From Gemmataceae bacterium (lineage in GTDB: Bacteria; Planctomycetota; Planctomycetia; Gemmatales; Gemmataceae), in contig JAXMBA010000002.1 of the NCBI GenBank assembly GCA_046350095.1, positions 1,532,718-1,564,717 of the forward strand: a stretch of 32,000 nt of DNA, given 5' to 3'. Positions 32,000 through 32,000 of this stretch are shown one piece after another. The position numbers and the translations under genes were made by a program. Position 1 is the first letter of the stretch. The number at the start of each line of letters is the position of its first letter. The notes beneath the pieces were generated by a model. It had not been told where the DNA came from, ran no database searches, and worked only from the letters and a program-made list of their open reading frames with translations.

Positions 32000-32000
32000 T

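Overview
This is a very GC-rich bacterial chromosomal window. Long antisense shadow ORFs occur in nearly every frame, so the ORF track over-calls heavily. The gene content points to Planctomycetota, probably Gemmata-like, which is an inference. The supporting genes are a giant Ser/Thr kinase fused to an FGE-sulfatase domain, a Tat-signal DUF1501 protein, an H4MPT-type formyltransferase, ECF sigma and multi-domain signalling proteins, and GC-rich palindromic intergenic repeats. I support about 25 genes. They are: a 5-prime-truncated kinase/nSTAND-like NTPase/HEAT/FGE fusion; a low-GC secreted Cys-rich protein; an ECF sigma with no adjacent anti-sigma; a three-gene phosphorelay ending in a class III adenylate cyclase; a probable tRNA-Sec; DUF1501; an acidic 26-residue-repeat protein; an MBL hydrolase; fhcD/ftr; a Zn-ribbon plus REC-GAF pair; a pmtA-psd-pssA phospholipid operon; a methyltransferase; a cluster of MsbA-like ABC exporter, PMT_2/ArnT-like glycosyltransferase and a large membrane protein; a second Ser/Thr kinase; an M32 carboxypeptidase; a DUF2007-like protein coupled to mnmE. 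There is no CRISPR array, transposase, integrase or phage gene. The items most worth a second look are: (1) a mismatch-free palindrome with 52-bp arms, AT-rich, that fills the spacer between two convergent stop codons at 15.3-15.4 kb; (2) the hybrid kinase / orphan-DHp-REC-cyclase relay; (3) the kinase-nSTAND-FGE fusion with the neighbouring low-GC Cys-rich secreted protein and anti-sigma-less ECF sigma; (4) the acidic solenoid-like repeat protein; (5) a nested-hairpin repeat family at two loci that shows compensatory substitutions. All calls come from reading the sequence and translations by eye. No database search or folding program was run.
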